From contig NC_042998.1 in the NCBI RefSeq assembly GCF_006345805.1, forward strand, positions 91,760,001 to 91,824,000: 64,000 bases of DNA, read 5' to 3'. The stretch is from Octopus sinensis. Taxonomy: Eukaryota. Below are positions 39,909 through 54,308 of this stretch, in pieces. The first letter of the stretch is position 1. Each line of letters opens with the position of its first letter. Position numbers and translations under genes: made by a program. A model generated the notes under the pieces. It made no database searches, was not told the origin of the DNA, and was given only the letters and a program-made list of their open reading frames with translations.

Positions 39909-40931
39909 GTAAGTTTTGTAATATCTGATAGCTTTCTTTTAAAATACTTCCTACTAAAATGGATAGATGGGTGAATAGTTCTAAGATCAATTATGACAGC
40001 TTTTAAATGTTGTGTTGCATGTATCAGGCAGCACCTGCTTAAAAACAATAACAAAAAATCAGTCACATTTAGTGAAGAGATGACTATATTATGAGTCAAA
40101 AATGGATTCTACATGAAGTATTCAACAGCCAGGAAATGGGACACTGATGCATAGAAATTATATTTATAAGTCCACAATATTGTATTGTATCTTTTGGGCT
40201 TGTGACTACTATATTACACTCTATTTCAGGGATTAAACTTTTGCAATCCTAGAGCAAGGTAAAGCATAGAATGAAACAGTGTAATCCTTAAACCTCTCGA
40301 GATGTTGATTATGTCATATTTCTGTAGAATACATTATACATATAATCTGTAGTTGCCCCAAAATATGGAATTCTTGTCCTTATACTTTATATTATCCAGT
40401 GTGTTTAATGGTTATTATTATAATGTATAAGTTTGTGAAGGAATGGAAGATGTCATTTTAAAAATCTCTAATTTAAGTTCTTCACTGGGTGCTCTCATTT
40501 TTCACATCGCTGTGCTTTAATTTTATTTTTATCAATTACAATGGTGTAACTGTGTGTGATAATATCAAAGAAATTTTTAATGAAGTTTTGGCTATAGAAA
40601 AAGTTTTAAATTACTGAAGTTGTAAAAATATTATTAAAGATATAAAGTTAAAAATGGTAATATTACTCCATCTTTTTTTTCTGATATGATCATTGATTAT
40701 GAGCTGACATTGTACTCTTGTGCTTTATTTATTAAGCACTTTTCTAATAGAGGGATATTTTGTTAAGGAAGCAGATGTAAAAATAAAAAATTAATGTGGA
40801 GAGAGTGTGATTAGTAAATAAATACAGTAATGGGAATAGAAAGCAATTTTTATAAAATTTTTAGAAGTCTTTATGAATATTATGTTCCAAGATTGGGAAT
40901 ATTACAATAATTTCTGTTTATCATTTAACAG

Positions 40932-41237
40932 GTGTACCTTCAGCTCCTGAAGGTCCTCTGATTGTTTCTGATGTCACTGCTGATTCAGCTGTGATATCTT
41001 GGAAACCTCCAACGGACACTGGTGGTCTAGCACTTACAGGATATGTTGTTGAACGCCTTGATAAGAGTAGATCAACATGGCTTACTGCAGGTAGAATTGG
41101 ACCAAAACTTACAGCTTTCTGTGTGCAGAATCTTCTTGAAGGATGTGATTACATCTTCAGAGTAATTGCAGAAAATCCTGAGGGTTTCAGTCCTGCTTTA
41201 AAATCTTCTGACTCCATCAGGACAAAACGTCCAAAAG
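40932..41237 (+). CDS. FN3 exon 46 (d1)
   Basis: 306 nt; VPSAPEGPL...RTKRPK. Confidence 0.9.
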
Positions 41238-41982
41238 GTAAATATTTTTAAAATTTAAAAGCAAGTTGTTGTTTTCTATTTGTTTATTATTTTTATAATA
41301 TAACAATTAAATCATTTATACATAAATACCAAGATATCATTCCTATAGTTTATAGAATATATGTATAATATATGTGTTTATAACATTTTTGTACTTCTGT
41401 ATAACAATAAATAGTTGGGTTTTCTTATCTTCTTTATTCTTAACTACTATTAGTGGAGCTTTATTAAGGAATTTCTTCCAAATGTTAAGAGTTCTAATTT
41501 GGGAATAATTTCTGAATATGTTTCTTTAATTTTTAATTTTAATACAGTTAATTAAATGCTTATTTAAATGTATTATTGATAAAAGAATGTTAACTTGATC
41601 TATGTTTTGGATTACAAGAACTCTGTCAGGCTATTCACATAGATTTACAGTTACATATATTAGTCATCAATTAAATATTTTAAGTTTTTAAGGAATGTTT
41701 CCATTTGAAGTTATAGTTTAGTGTGTTACTTGAAAACTGCAAAGAAAATTATGAAACATTATGTCTGTTTAAAATGAAATATTTTTCTGCTATATTAATT
41801 TACAATATTTTGGGTTTTTGATAAATATGGAGATTAACTTCATTACATCATTGATGGATATGTCAAATTATTTCAGTAATAAACTTAGTGATTTAGGAGA
41901 CTCCAAGTTAAATGAGCCTAGCAATCAGATAGACTCTAGACAAACTCATGGCTAAATTATTGCTTTAAATTTTTTATTCCAG

Positions 41983-42282
41983 AGGCTCCAGGAGTTGTCG
42001 ACTATTTGGAATACTCTGATATGACAGCTGATTCATTAATTCTTCACTGGACCCGACCATCAAAAGATGGTGGTAGTTCTGTCAGTAACTACGTTATTGA
42101 ATCCAAACTTGAAGGAAGCGATGATTGGCATAAAGTAACATCTGTTGAAGGTCACCACACCAAATATAAGGTTAAGAACCTTGAAGAAAATAGCAAATAT
42201 ATATTCCGTATATCTGCTATTAATGAAATTGGTTCTGGTCATCCTGTTCAATCGGATCCTGTTTTAGTTAAAGGACCAATTG
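41983..42282 (+). CDS. FN3 exon 47 (e1)
   Basis: 300 nt; APGVVDYLE...LVKGPI. Confidence 0.88.
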
Positions 42283-42724
42283 GTATGTATATTCATAGAA
42301 ATTTTTATTTAATAGAATAAACATGCCTCTAAAGTGTTCAATACCTAAAATACTAATATATTTATTTCGTTTTCATCTCTTATATAAAATCTATGATAGT
42401 CATACAAATGACAATACTTTAAATGTTTCTGCAAACTATAATAATTATATTGATAAGACATTTTTTTATATATCCTAATTCATATCTGTAAAAATGCCTT
42501 AACTTTTTGTAAATTGCAAAAGACATTATATTTATTCTAAATATATTTATATGGCAGTCTCTGTAAACAAAAGAAACTATTGTTTCTAAACAATTGTAAA
42601 GTATAAAAATAAAAAGAAACCCTATTTTATGCTAAAGAGTAAGTTTGATATTTAGTATGAAAGTTAGGTAATTTACTCTTCTTTAACAATCACTATACTA
42701 TGGATTTTACTTGGATGTTTACAG

Positions 42725-43027
42725 CAACTCCAGATGCACCAACAGGTCCACTAAAGGCAGTTGAAGTTCAAAGCCAGTCAATTACAATTCAATGGGAACC
42801 TCCTAAACATAATGGTGGTTCTCCACTGACAGCATATATTATTGAATTCAGAAATGCCAAACGAGTTGGCTGGGATCTTGCTGATGAAATTGGAGCCGAT
42901 AAGACAATATTTAAGATCAAAAAGTTAATTAAGAATAATGACTATTTCTTCAGAGTCTTTGCTAAAAACAAAGCTGGTATCAGTTTGCCTTTGGAATCCA
43001 AACTTTTCACAGCTAAAGATGCTTATG
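42725..43027 (+). CDS. FN3 exon 48 (f1)
   Basis: 303 nt; TPDAPTGPL...AKDAY. Confidence 0.88.
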
Positions 43028-43651
43028 GTAAGTCATATAAGTATGTGACTTATATTTCTTTCACAGTTACTTTAATGTTTTTTATTGTTAATTTTGTAGA
43101 TTAAGTAATTCTCACAAAGTTTAGATAAAGCGATTCCCCACAAATTTTAATTCTGAAAAATTACATTTGGATATATCTTGTTTTCCTTTATCACATTCAC
43201 TGTGTTAATTATAGTCAAATGGATAATAATAATAATATTATTAAACAAAACCTATATTCTAAACAAGATACTTTCAATCTTGACTTTGACACTCACTCTC
43301 TACACACCACATACAGCACATATACTCAATACAATCATTATCCAATAAAATAACATGACACATATCCTGCCTAAATAAATAACACAACTCACACAAGTTA
43401 CTTTACAAAATCTCCGACAAGTAAAATAAAGCACTGCACATAATCAACAGCAGGAAACTATGACACCAACAACTCACACACAATATATAAATCACTAATA
43501 CTACTTAACAAAATAACTCATTGCACATACTCTGCACAATAAACAACTGAAACACATATCACTGGAAAGCAAAAGTTTATTTAGTGATGTAAGCAGAATT
43601 TTTTAATTTTTTATTATATGTTAATTTGCTTTAATTTTATTTAAACACTAG

Positions 43652-43957
43652 GTCCTCCATCAAGTCCTGTTGGACCATTGAAGCTAAGTGGTGTTACAGA
43701 CAGCTCTGCTGATCTGGAATGGAATCCTCCTGAAAGTGATGGTGGGAAACCAATTACTGCATACATCATTGAATACCGAGGTGTATGGCGTACCTCTTGG
43801 ACCAAGCTTGCAGAAGTCAGTTCAACTACTTTTCGGTATACTGCCACTAATTTGGTAGTAGGAAAAGAATACCAATTCCAAGTTTTTGCTGTCAACAGTG
43901 AAGGGTATAGTTCTCCATTAATTTCAGCAGAAACGGTGAAACCAAGAGAACAACCGG
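43652..43957 (+). CDS. FN3 exon 49 (a2)
   Basis: 306 nt; PPSSPVGPL...KPREQP. Confidence 0.9.
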
Positions 43958-44372
43958 GTAAAAAATTATTAAGATTTTTTTTAATATTTTGATTTGTTGG
44001 TAAATTTACAAATATGCAATACATACATTGGTTTTAACATTAAGTTATAGATTTATAGACAATTTTTGCTAGTACTTACCAGATAATAAGAGGAAAAGGT
44101 TTGATTACATGCTATAGTGAGTAGTGAGGCAACTTGATAAGGATAAATGAATCATGAAAGTTATTCAAATCATATATGAGGAAGTTCAAAGTAGAGATGT
44201 ATTTCACAAAAGACTCAGTTTAATTGGATTAGAATTGATAATTATGTTGCATTAAATCATACAAATTTATATATGTAGTTGACAGAATACTAAAGTTTTT
44301 AAACTAACATTTCATATAATTAAAAATTTTGTATAAAATTTGTAATTTCTACTTTCTTATTTTTGTTTTCAG

Positions 44373-44675
44373 AAAAGCCAGGTCCTCCATCTCATGTAAC
44401 AGTTACCAGTGTTGGTAAAAATGATGTTACAATTCAATGGGGTGCACCACGCAACGATGGTGGTTCCATGATAACTAGGTACCACATCTCCTTGAGTAAA
44501 TGTTCCCGAACGTCCTGGGATAAGGTTACTACTGTGAAGTCTTTCGTTAGTGAATATACATTCACTGATTTAGAAGAAGGTGTGGAGTACTTTTTTGGTA
44601 TTGCAGCAGAAAATGACATAGGAGTTGGGCAAATGCGTAAAACTGAAGAGGCAATTAGGCCTAAGAAACAGCTTG
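44373..44675 (+). CDS. FN3 exon 50 (b2)
   Basis: 303 nt; KPGPPSHVT...RPKKQL. Confidence 0.9.
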
Positions 44676-44978
44676 GTAAGTTAAAAATAAATTGCTGGTT
44701 TATTACCCAGTTTACCTTACGATATAAAATCTAGAATCAAAATTAATCAAAATTATATTTCATTGAAAAAAGAATAAAAATTGATAGTTGTAATAAATAC
44801 CAAGTATTTAAGAATTTAACTACTCTTATTTATTATCTCACGATGTTTAAAATTAATCGGTTCACCTATTTGTTTTGTATTTTACATTATACTATTAATA
44901 CTTTGGAGTATAACAATACAGTAAATAAAACATGTTAAATAGAAACTTCGATAAAAATGATTTCTCTCCATTTTTCAG

Positions 44979-45284
44979 AACTTCCTGCTCCTCCGGAAGG
45001 TCCTTTGAAAGTGACTAATGTTCAGAGTAACCAAGTTACACTTTCTTGGAAATCTAGTCCATATGAAGCCCACAAACCTGTTGACAATTATATAATTGAC
45101 AAACGGGAAAGCTGGAAATCTTCATGGGGATTCTATTCTCGTGTTAAAGCAGATACCACTACAACCTGTGTAAAGCAGCTTAGAGAAGGACAAGAATACT
45201 TCTTTAGAGTATATGCAGAAAATATTATTGGATATTCAACAGCCATTGAAACTGACCAAGGTGTTATTCCTAAGAGTCCACACA
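44979..45284 (+). CDS. FN3 exon 51 (c2)
   Basis: 306 nt; LPAPPEGPL...RESWKSSW...PKSPH. Confidence 0.9.
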
Positions 45285-45497
45285 GTAAGTAAAATCATTT
45301 TTAGATTCAAGAGCCTATAAACCTAAACTTACTGTGTATATTATTATATAATTCAAAACAACAATATTAATTAAAAAATAAGTCATTTTAATTTTCCAAA
45401 CAAGTTACCTTAGAAAACTAACCAAAAGAACATTTAAAAATGAAAATATAAAACGTTTTTGTGTAATCAATCAAACAATATTTTTTTTAACCCACAG

Positions 45498-45803
45498 GTG
45501 CTCCTTCTGCTCCTGAAGGACCTTTAACTGTATCTGATGTCACAGATTCATCAGCAACCATAAAATGGAGACCACCTCTTTCAGATGGTGGACTACCAAT
45601 TATTCACTATATCATTGAATATAAGGTTGATATCTGGGGAAGCTGGATGAAAGCAGGTAAAGCTGACTATGAGGAAAACAAATACAATGTTAAAAACCTC
45701 AATGAAGGAAAGCAATACTATTTCAGAGTTTCTGCTGAAAATCCTCAAGGTATCAGTCCACCATTGGCAACTATTGATCCAATTGTTCCAAGAAAAGAAC
45801 CAG
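45498..45803 (+). CDS. FN3 exon 52 (d2; absent from the + ORF track)
   Basis: Translated by hand, open, 306 nt; APSAPEGPL...VPRKEP. Confidence 0.9.
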
Positions 45804-45957
45804 GTAATTATTGTTATTAAATTATGGTGCATTTATTGATTTTAGTGGAAATTATTGGTCATTATTATATTATTCCATCTATTAATGGTAATAGGCATTC
45901 TACCATCAAAGGTTTAACTTTGTAATAAATTCCAAAAACTTTTTTTCAAATTTCCAG

Positions 45958-46257
45958 AACCCCCATCATCACCAGTTGGACCTGTAAAATTCATTGATGC
46001 AACAATCTCATCAGTTACTTTGGGATGGCGTACACCAAGAGATGATGGCAGATCAGCTATCACTGGCTATAAAATATACCTCTATGTGGATGACAAGTGG
46101 AAATGTATTAAAACTGTTGATGGAAATACATTTAAATACAAGGTTGAAGACCACATCAAAGAAGGTGGCAAATACTTTTTCAGAATAACAGCTGTCAATG
46201 CTTTAGGAGAAAGTACTCCACTTGATTCTGATATGTATGCTCCTAAGAAAGAGAAAG
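45958..46257 (+). CDS. FN3 exon 53 (e2)
   Basis: 300 nt; PPSSPVGPV...APKKEK. Confidence 0.9.
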
Positions 46258-46864
46258 GTATTATACAAAGATGTATTCTTGTTATCATATTTTCCCAACT
46301 TTGCATCATCTGGCACTTTCTTGATCAACTGCTTTTACATTCAAGCTCCTATATATTTAACAGATTTGTTGATATATTTATGTGAAAATACATTGCTTTT
46401 GTTTTATTAATTTTGAAAATAATAAATAATTGACCATGAGTCCAACATCCTAGCTACTAGGTACATGCCTTCATATATATTGGGCTTCTCATTAATTAAC
46501 AAAAGACTGGGATTTATAATTATAAAATGGTCAAAAAGGAATTTAAATCTTTAAAATATTAAATACTGTTTTATACCTTAAATTTATCACTTGGTTTTCT
46601 TAAAGCAAATTGTCATCTTTTAAATTCCAAATGCTCTAGTAGATATTCAATGTTAACATTGTTACAGAAATCTAAGGTATCATTGCATTTAATATTAAAA
46701 GTACTTACGTTGAACCTGAATTACTTGTTGATGAACTAAAAAAAGAATTCAGCATTAGTTATAATTGCAATTCTATAATGAAATCTTTCTTTAACACTGT
46801 TTATCTTTATATACAATGAATGTATTATTTAAAGTATTATTGAGAATCTCTCTGTCCTTTCCAG

Positions 46865-47164
46865 TTGTACCATCAGAGCCAGTTGGTCCTATCGTTGTAA
46901 GTAATATCCAGAGAAGTTCAGTAGTTATTGAATGGAAACCACCTGTTCAAGGTCATCCTCTTACTGCTTACATAATTGAGCGTAAAGAAAAGACAAGATC
47001 TTTCTACAGTAAAGTACAATCAGTTGATGAAAGCATAAATAAATTATCTATAACAAATTTGATAGAAGGAAATGAATATTTCTTCCGAGTTATTGCTGAA
47101 AATGAAGTTGGTCCTGGTAAACCTCTTGAAATGGAAGACCCAGTTTTGATTAAGAGCCCTTACA
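46865..47164 (+). CDS. FN3 exon 54 (f2)
   Basis: 300 nt; VPSEPVGPI...IKSPY. Confidence 0.9.
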
Positions 47165-47662
47165 GTGAGTTATTTACATTTTTGTTAATTAAATATAAAC
47201 TATCACACATGCTCATATCCATACACATATATAGACACTACACAGCTATGCATATATGCATGGCTGTGTGATTAAGAGGTTTGCTTCACAGTCTTAGACT
47301 CATTGCTATTACCTGGCACTTTGGGAAACTGTTTTCTTTGGCTGACAAATGCTTTGTAAGTGAAATTAGTTGGCAAACACTATAGAAACCAATTGAATTT
47401 CGTGTGTGTGTGTGTGTGTGTTTGTGTGTGAAAGTTATCATAACTGCTTCTTAAATGAGATTGCCTGAACAGAATAAAGTGTTGTTATAGTTACATTCTT
47501 AGTGAATGTAAATTTCCAGTGATCTGTACTCTTGAAATAGTGAATAAACCCTGCTGAAAAGGGTTAGCAATGGAAAGAACACCCAGTTGTAAAAATACTA
47601 CCTCAAATAAATACCATCCAATTTATGTTAACATAGAAAAAGAAGCATGAAACAAATACATG

Positions 47663-47700
47663 AATATATATATATATGTATGTATGTATATGTATGTATG

Positions 47701-47733
<33 letters not shown>

Positions 47734-47770
47734 ATATATATATATGTGTGTGTGTGTGTATATATATATA

Positions 47771-47812
<42 letters not shown>
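47663..47812. repeat. Compound (TA)n/(TG)n microsatellite
   Basis: Read directly; similar tracts at 8030-8069, 8395-8428, 19428-19530, 31452-31497, 37290-37380, 53712-53770 and 58404-58435. Confidence 0.95.
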
Positions 47813-47813
<1 letters not shown>

Positions 47814-47962
47814 GATTATGGATTGTATTATTTACATGTTACATTTACATTACTTCTTATTATATTAGTTTTATATCATCTGTTGAACTGAAAAGACTTG
47901 TAACTTTAAAAGATATATAAATCATTTTCTATACTCATATGTCTTCTTTGTTTTTCCAATAG

Positions 47963-48268
47963 AAAAACCATCAGCTCCAGAAGGTCCTTTGGTTCAAAGC
48001 AATTTGACTGAAGAATCGGTAGATCTTAAATGGAAACCTCCTACTGATGATGGTGGCTTACCAATTACACATTATGTTATTGAAGTACGAGAAATTAATA
48101 GACAAACATGGAGCTTTATGTGTGAAATAAGATCAACTTCCACAAATTACACTGTAACTGGATTGGTACCTGGAATGCAGTACTTCTTCAGAATTTCAGC
48201 TAAGAATGATGAAGGGCAAGGACCTCCTCTCACATCAGACCAACCAGCTAGACCTGTGAAAGCAGCAA
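47963..48268 (+). CDS. FN3 exon 55 (a3)
   Basis: 306 nt; KPSAPEGPL...RPVKAA. Confidence 0.9.
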
Positions 48269-48589
48269 GTAAGTATTTTGATATTGAAAATATATAGTAT
48301 GTTACTAAATTCTTAGATAAATTTAAAAGAGCCACATTGATATAGAGAGTTTCAATCCTCTGAAATTGGTAAACTGATGCAAGACAATGACAGTATCATA
48401 AGATATAATTTTAGCTTTTTGAAAACAAATCTACAAATTGGAAATTATCAAAACACTAGAAATCTAATATTTCATTTTAAATTCTCTGAATTCCTTATTA
48501 ATGTCAAATATCAAATGTTGTTTAAATTGGTGTGTCTATTATCATAATTCAAATTGATATGATATATAACTATTTTCTCCTCATTATAG

Positions 48590-48892
48590 CTGTTCCCAAA
48601 TCACCAGAATTCTTAGGTATCAAGAGTATTGGAAAAGATCTTGTTACTATGGAATGGGGAAAACCATTAGATGATGGTGGATCAGATATCACAAATTACA
48701 TCGTTGAATACTGCCCAGAAGGAAAAGATAAGTGGATTCAGGCTGCTAAAGTTGGAGCTTTCGTAAACTATTATGTTGTTACTGACTTGGAAACTGAAAA
48801 ATTATATTATTTCGGCATTTCTGCTGAAAATGAAATTGGTCAAAGCTGCAGGCTAGAGACACAAGGACCAATAAAGACAGTGAAACCAATTG
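48590..48892 (+). CDS. FN3 exon 56 (b3)
   Basis: 303 nt; VPKSPEFLG...KTVKPI. Confidence 0.9.
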
Positions 48893-49383
48893 GTAATTAA
48901 AATTGTTTTATCTAAATAAAAGTGATTTATGTATGCATGTTATATGCAATTTGCATTGTATGTGTGTATGAGAGACAGAGAGAGAGAGAGAAGTGATGAC
49001 TTTAATTGTGCCAAAGCTGTTTTACAGAATATCATTACATTTTAGTTTTGAATAGTATAATTTAACGATAAAATTCAGTTGTAACCCAAAATGGTAAACA
49101 TTTCACTGTTTATCAATAATTTCTAATTGGTTATGGTCAGTATTGATTTTAAGATAAAATAGTAATTTTTCTTTTTTGTCATATATGTGTAGGCATTTTT
49201 CAAGGTATAACATAATGAATATGAAAAATGTTCTTGATAGTTATGAACTATAGGATATCTATTACGTTTATTTATAGCTTCGACATTAAAGATTTAGTAG
49301 ATAAATAACTAAAATATAGACAAATTAAAAACTAAATTTAATTGCTTGAAAATATATTTCATAATCAATATATTTTATTACAG

Positions 49384-49689
49384 AGGTACCTACAGCACCT
49401 GAAGGACCGCTTGTGATTGAAAATGTCAAGCGTAATTCTGTTGGGCTTACATGGAAAGCTAGTAAAGATGATGGTGGTTCTCCAATTTTGTCATACATTA
49501 TTGAACAAAGAGAATCATGGAGAACAAGTTGGCAATATGTTGATTGTGTCTCACCAAAGACCTTTGAGTATGTTATTAGAAAACTTCAAGAAGGTCAAGA
49601 GTATACATTCCGAATTATTGCTGAAAACAGTGTTGGCGTATCATCTCCATTAGAGGCCAAGAAACTTATCAAGATTCTAAGTCCGTTTG
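49384..49689 (+). CDS. FN3 exon 57 (c3)
   Basis: 306 nt; VPTAPEGPL...RESWRTSW...ILSPF. Confidence 0.9.
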
Positions 49690-50336
49690 GTAAGTATTCA
49701 TTGTGAAAAATCTAACTATAAAAAATTCCAAGCTGTTATTTTTATTTTTATATAAAATAAATATTTTTTATACTATTTACGTAATTTATTTTCTGCTTTC
49801 TTAACCCTTTATCATTCATATTACTCTGTCAAATGTAAGGCTCATATATTGACAGTTACAAATTAATGGTGCATAATTTGTAGCTTTGATATATCGATTA
49901 TGTGATTGCTTACTTTTGGAATGACATTGTAGGATATGTGTGACAGAGTGGATCTGGCTAGTTTGAATATAAAACAGGTAGAATATTTGGGCCACGATAC
50001 AAAAATATGAAATATTAGTATGCTAAGTGATATGAGAGTATCAAGTTATTAAATTCACAACCCATAAATGATGGGCTGAATTCTTCATGATGTATTGCAT
50101 TATATATTTGGATTAGGCTCATAACTCTACTTATAACTAAGTTATTAATCTCATATAAAATGCTTATAATTATCTTTTATCTTTCACTTGTTTTAGTCAT
50201 TAGACTGTGGCCATAGTTATTTTTACATGATTTTAATTTATTCATATACCACCAAAAATATTGTTTTAAAATAACATAAAAATTGATGCTTTCATTAGAT
50301 ATTTTATTTAATTAATGAATTTCTTTCTAATTTTAG

Positions 50337-50639
50337 CTCCACCTGATCCTCCAGCACATCTTCGTATTGAAGATATAACTAGTAAATCAGTAACCTTAGA
50401 ATGGGATACTCCACAGTTTGATGGAGGTAAACCTATTAGTGGTTATGTTATTGAACGGCGAGACCTTTCTCAACTTTCATGGCTTCAAGTTGGAGAAACT
50501 GGTACATTGCACACAAGATTCATTGCAGAAAAATTGGTTGAAGGAAAAGAATATCAGTTCCGAGTCTTTGCTGTTAACAGTGAAGGCCGCAGCAAACCAA
50601 ATGAAATAAAGGAGCCTATTATACCATTGAAAGTTGCTA
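50337..50639 (+). CDS. FN3 exon 58 (d3)
   Basis: 303 nt; PPDPPAHLR...IPLKVA. Confidence 0.9.
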
Positions 50640-50804
50640 GTAAGTAAAACTAGTTACCCTGGTTTTCTTATTTGAATGTTTTCCATTACTCAAAGTTTAA
50701 ACATTTTAAAAAGTATTTTAGAATTAAATGCATCTCATATCTCTTAGTTACTACTATTTGTATATTATTTATTCATTTATTTATTTATTATTTTTTTTTT
50801 GTAG

Positions 50805-51098
50805 CTGTTCCTTCAGCTCCTGGTGGACCAGTTATTTTCAAATCAATTACAGCAACATCTGTGACACTGGAATGGCTACCTCCTAAGAACAATGGTGGCG
50901 CTTCTATCAAACATTATCGTATTGAATATGCTACTGATACTGCTGACTGGAAAACAGTTGACATAAGTGATGTTGAGTATATCAGAGTACCTGATCTTCA
51001 AACTGATCAGCCATATTACTTCCGTATTACAGCAATAAATGCAGTTGGACAGAGCAAATACTTGGAATCAGACATTTTCATTCCTAAAAAGCCCCTGT
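50805..51098 (+). CDS. FN3 exon 59 (e3)
   Basis: 294 nt; VPSAPGGPV...IPKKPL. Confidence 0.9.
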
Positions 51099-51675
51099 GT
51101 AAGTTTACTTCTATCTTCTTTATTTCTAATTTACTATAGATAATTAAATATCACTCAATCAAGAAATATTGTTTCTACATTTTTATTGAAGTACACTGCT
51201 TTTGTTTCAATTAATTTTAAAGAAATAATGGAGAATTTAGTAAAATAACCGTCGTTATTAAATTAGTGATTGGAACATAAATTAGTGTGAAACTTTGATG
51301 TATGATTTTAACTCAGATACCTTTAAAACAGCAAGTTTTGTATCATAGAATCAAAAGCTGTCCCTGGTGAGTTGCTATCGGAAGGGTTTAGATTTATCCA
51401 GTCACATATTTTGGGCATCTACAGAACTTAAGAATTTTGGAATATTATGTAATCTCATTTATTAGTTTATGGAATTAAAATCTATCTAGTCTTAAGTATT
51501 TAGCTTAATATTGAATGATATCAATAAATCAATAAGTTCATGCTTTAATATATCTTATATAATTAATTTTTTCATTTGTATTTATAATAAAAACTGAGAA
51601 AAACAGTATCACAACAAAATAGAATTTTTGTACTTTTGAACCTTGAATTATAAACAAACCAATTTTATTTATTAG

Positions 51676-51978
51676 GTCCACCTAATCCTCCATCTGGTCC
51701 TATCAGCATTGTTGAAATTACCAACGAGGCTGTCACTCTTGAATGGAAGCCTCCAACAGATGATGGTGGATGTGCTGTTACAGAATATGTTGTTGAAAAA
51801 CGTGAAGCAAACAGGATGATGTGGCAGTTTTCAGAAAGAGTCTATGATGATACTTTTGCTACCATTAAAAACCTTTCTGAAGGCGATGCTTTCTTCTTCC
51901 GTGTGCTTGCATTGAACAGAGTTGGATGCAGTGCACCATTAGACATGGATGTACCTGTTATTATCAAGAGTCCATTTG
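51676..51978 (+). CDS. FN3 exon 60 (f3; absent from the ORF track)
   Basis: Translated by hand, open, 303 nt; PPNPPSGPI...IKSPF. Confidence 0.9.
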
Positions 51979-52356
51979 GTAGGTTATTTTTATAAATTCA
52001 ACATCATATTGGGTTATCTCATTTAACACAGTCGTTTTTATCTATGTAAATTATATTTTAGTATAACTTATTCCCTTTTGATAAGACATTGTGTATTTTT
52101 TTGTTATGTTTCATTATTCATTTGAATAAAAGAGTAGATCTGTGCAATTGAAAGTGCACCAAATGTGGTGCATAACAATTCTTAATACCAAGTATCATGG
52201 TCTGAAATTGAAATACAGCTAGAATTGTAACACACCATGATAATTCATATCCACTATACCTTTTTTAAAACGTTAAACTTAGTCAACAGAAATAATTCTT
52301 CATGTCTATATGAATACTTTGAATTATGTACTAATATAGAATAATTTCTTTTACAG

Positions 52357-52662
52357 AACTTCCATCAGCTCCAACTGGTCCTCTGAAAATATCTCATATC
52401 ACTGAGAACTCTGCTGATTTAGAATGGGCCCCACCAAGATATGATGGTGGAACTCCTATTACAATGTATGCCATTGAAATTCGAGAGCTTAGACGTAAAC
52501 TCTGGGGCAGAGCAGGAACAGTGGATGCATACACTACCAGATTCACTGCTAGAAATCTTGTTGTGAACTATGAATACTTCTTCAGAGTTAGAGCCATCAA
52601 CAAAGAAGGAGAAGGACCTGCTCTTGAAGGATACGACAGTGCTTGTCCAAAGATGAAGCTTG
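52357..52662 (+). CDS. FN3 exon 61 (a4)
   Basis: 306 nt; LPSAPTGPL...CPKMKL. Confidence 0.9.
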
Positions 52663-52811
52663 GTAAGAAAATATTTTTTTTAACGTTTTATTTTCATCAA
52701 AATGATAAAATAGGATTTGAAATAATTTTAATGTTATCCAATTCCACATTTTGTTTTTTAAAAATATATTATAATGTGTTTTTAATACATATGTATCTAA
52801 CTATATATATA

Positions 52812-53705
52812 CTTGGCAAACTTGGATGTCCAGATCACTTTGTAACTATAATTAAATCATTTCATGATGAGATAGAGGAGGCTTGGGTCAATGTTGGTGG
52901 TGGCATGGCAGGACTCATTTCTGAAAAGAATGATGTCAAGCAGGGTGACATCCTTGCCCCAACTCTCTTTTCTTTGTACTTCGCTACTGCTTTTACTCAT
53001 GCTTTTACTAAGGTTAGCTCTCTGAGAATATATGTTAGGTATCGATCTTCTGGCCACCTCTTTAATCTGCTGATTTGCTGCCAATTCAAAAGTTTTCCAG
53101 TCTCTTCATGACCTTTATGTAGATGACTGTGACTTAGTCACTCATACAGAAGATGACATGCAAATACTTATGAATCATATTCCTGCTTCTTGCAAGGCAT
53201 TTGGACTCAGCACTAGCCCTGGATAAGACTGTTGTAATGTTCCAGCCTGCACCAGGAAATCCATATGGAGAACCAGCTATCTTGGTTGAAAGAACAATTC
53301 TGAAAGTGGTAGACAAATTTGTCTACCTGGGCAACACATTCAGCCATTCTTGCACCCTGGATGATGAAATATCTTTCAGGTTGCAGAGAGCAACTGATTC
53401 CTTTCAGTCTATTCAGTCTCATGTCTGACCCCAGCATGGCATCACATAGCAAACAAAAATTGCTGTGCACCATGCATGTATACTGACATTGCTCCTTTAT
53501 TCATGTGAGACATGGACCCTTTACAAACATCATGTAAGGGCCCTTGAATGCTTTCATCAGAAATGTCTCAGAGACATTCTGAATGTTGGCTGGACCTTAA
53601 AAACTTCAGACACACAGGTCCTGAGAACAGCTGATATCTTGAGTATTGAGAGGCAATGGTGCACAAGAACTGGTTACATTGGACTGGACACCTTATTATT
53701 AGAAT
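52812..53705 (+). mobile_element. 5'-truncated, frameshifted RTE-type non-LTR retrotransposon (reverse transcriptase remnant), intron 61
   Basis: Translations LGKLGCPDHFVTIIKSFHD...VKQGDILAPTLFSLY, LYVDDC (degenerate YADD), VVDKFVYLG and LLLYSCETWTLY...FHQKCLRDIL are typical RTE RT motifs. Confidence 0.85.
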
Positions 53706-53708
53706 GAA

Positions 53709-53745
<37 letters not shown>

Positions 53746-54011
53746 ACACAAGCACACACACACACACATTCATACACATTTTAATCATGCACTTAAACGA
53801 ATAGCTTAAAAGCCATAGAGTCATTAATGTAGAATCTTATTTCCAAAAGCTGTTGAAATTAAAACAGAACATTTTCTTATTTCATTTCTTCTCCTGAGTC
53901 CTTAAGAACTAATATGTATTAAAAACATAATAAACAAATTAAATGTTTTCTACTTTGTTTTGAATATGTATATTATTATTTCTGAGTATCTTGCTTTCTT
54001 TTTTCTTCCAG

Positions 54012-54308
54012 AATTGCCTTCATCTCCAGTAGGTGTCAAAATCACATCTATTGGATGCGATAATTGCACTATTGAATGGAGAGAACCTAGATTTGATGGT
54101 GGTGATAGCATAAAATCTTATAACATCTACCTCTGCCAAGATGGCAACTGGGCAAAAATAGACACAGTGGACTCCTTTGTCAATATGTATACTGCTAAAA
54201 AATTACGCAGTGACAAACTTTACTTGTTTGGAGTTGCAGCTGAAAATGAAGTTGGTTCAAGTAAAATTGTACCTGTTCCAAATGCTATTACTCCTGAGAA
54301 GAAAATAT
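54012..54308 (+). CDS. FN3 exon 62 (b4)
   Basis: 297 nt; LPSSPVGVK...TPEKKI. Confidence 0.9.

Noticed and set aside
43260-43560. Strongly A/C-skewed, G-poor intronic stretch
   Set aside because: It has no ORF, tRNA or recognisable mitochondrial gene. It is probably a decayed repeat and I cannot support more.
3850-48940. TGCATG (Rbfox-type) motifs near several exons
   Set aside because: The count is about what is expected for this base composition and TG richness, and their positions are not consistent.
52464-53111. 215-aa ORF fusing exon 61 through its intron into the LINE RT remnant
   Set aside because: Exon 61 has a strong G|gtaaga donor. Stop-free read-through of about 50 codons is plausible by chance among 69 introns, and the RT is frameshifted.
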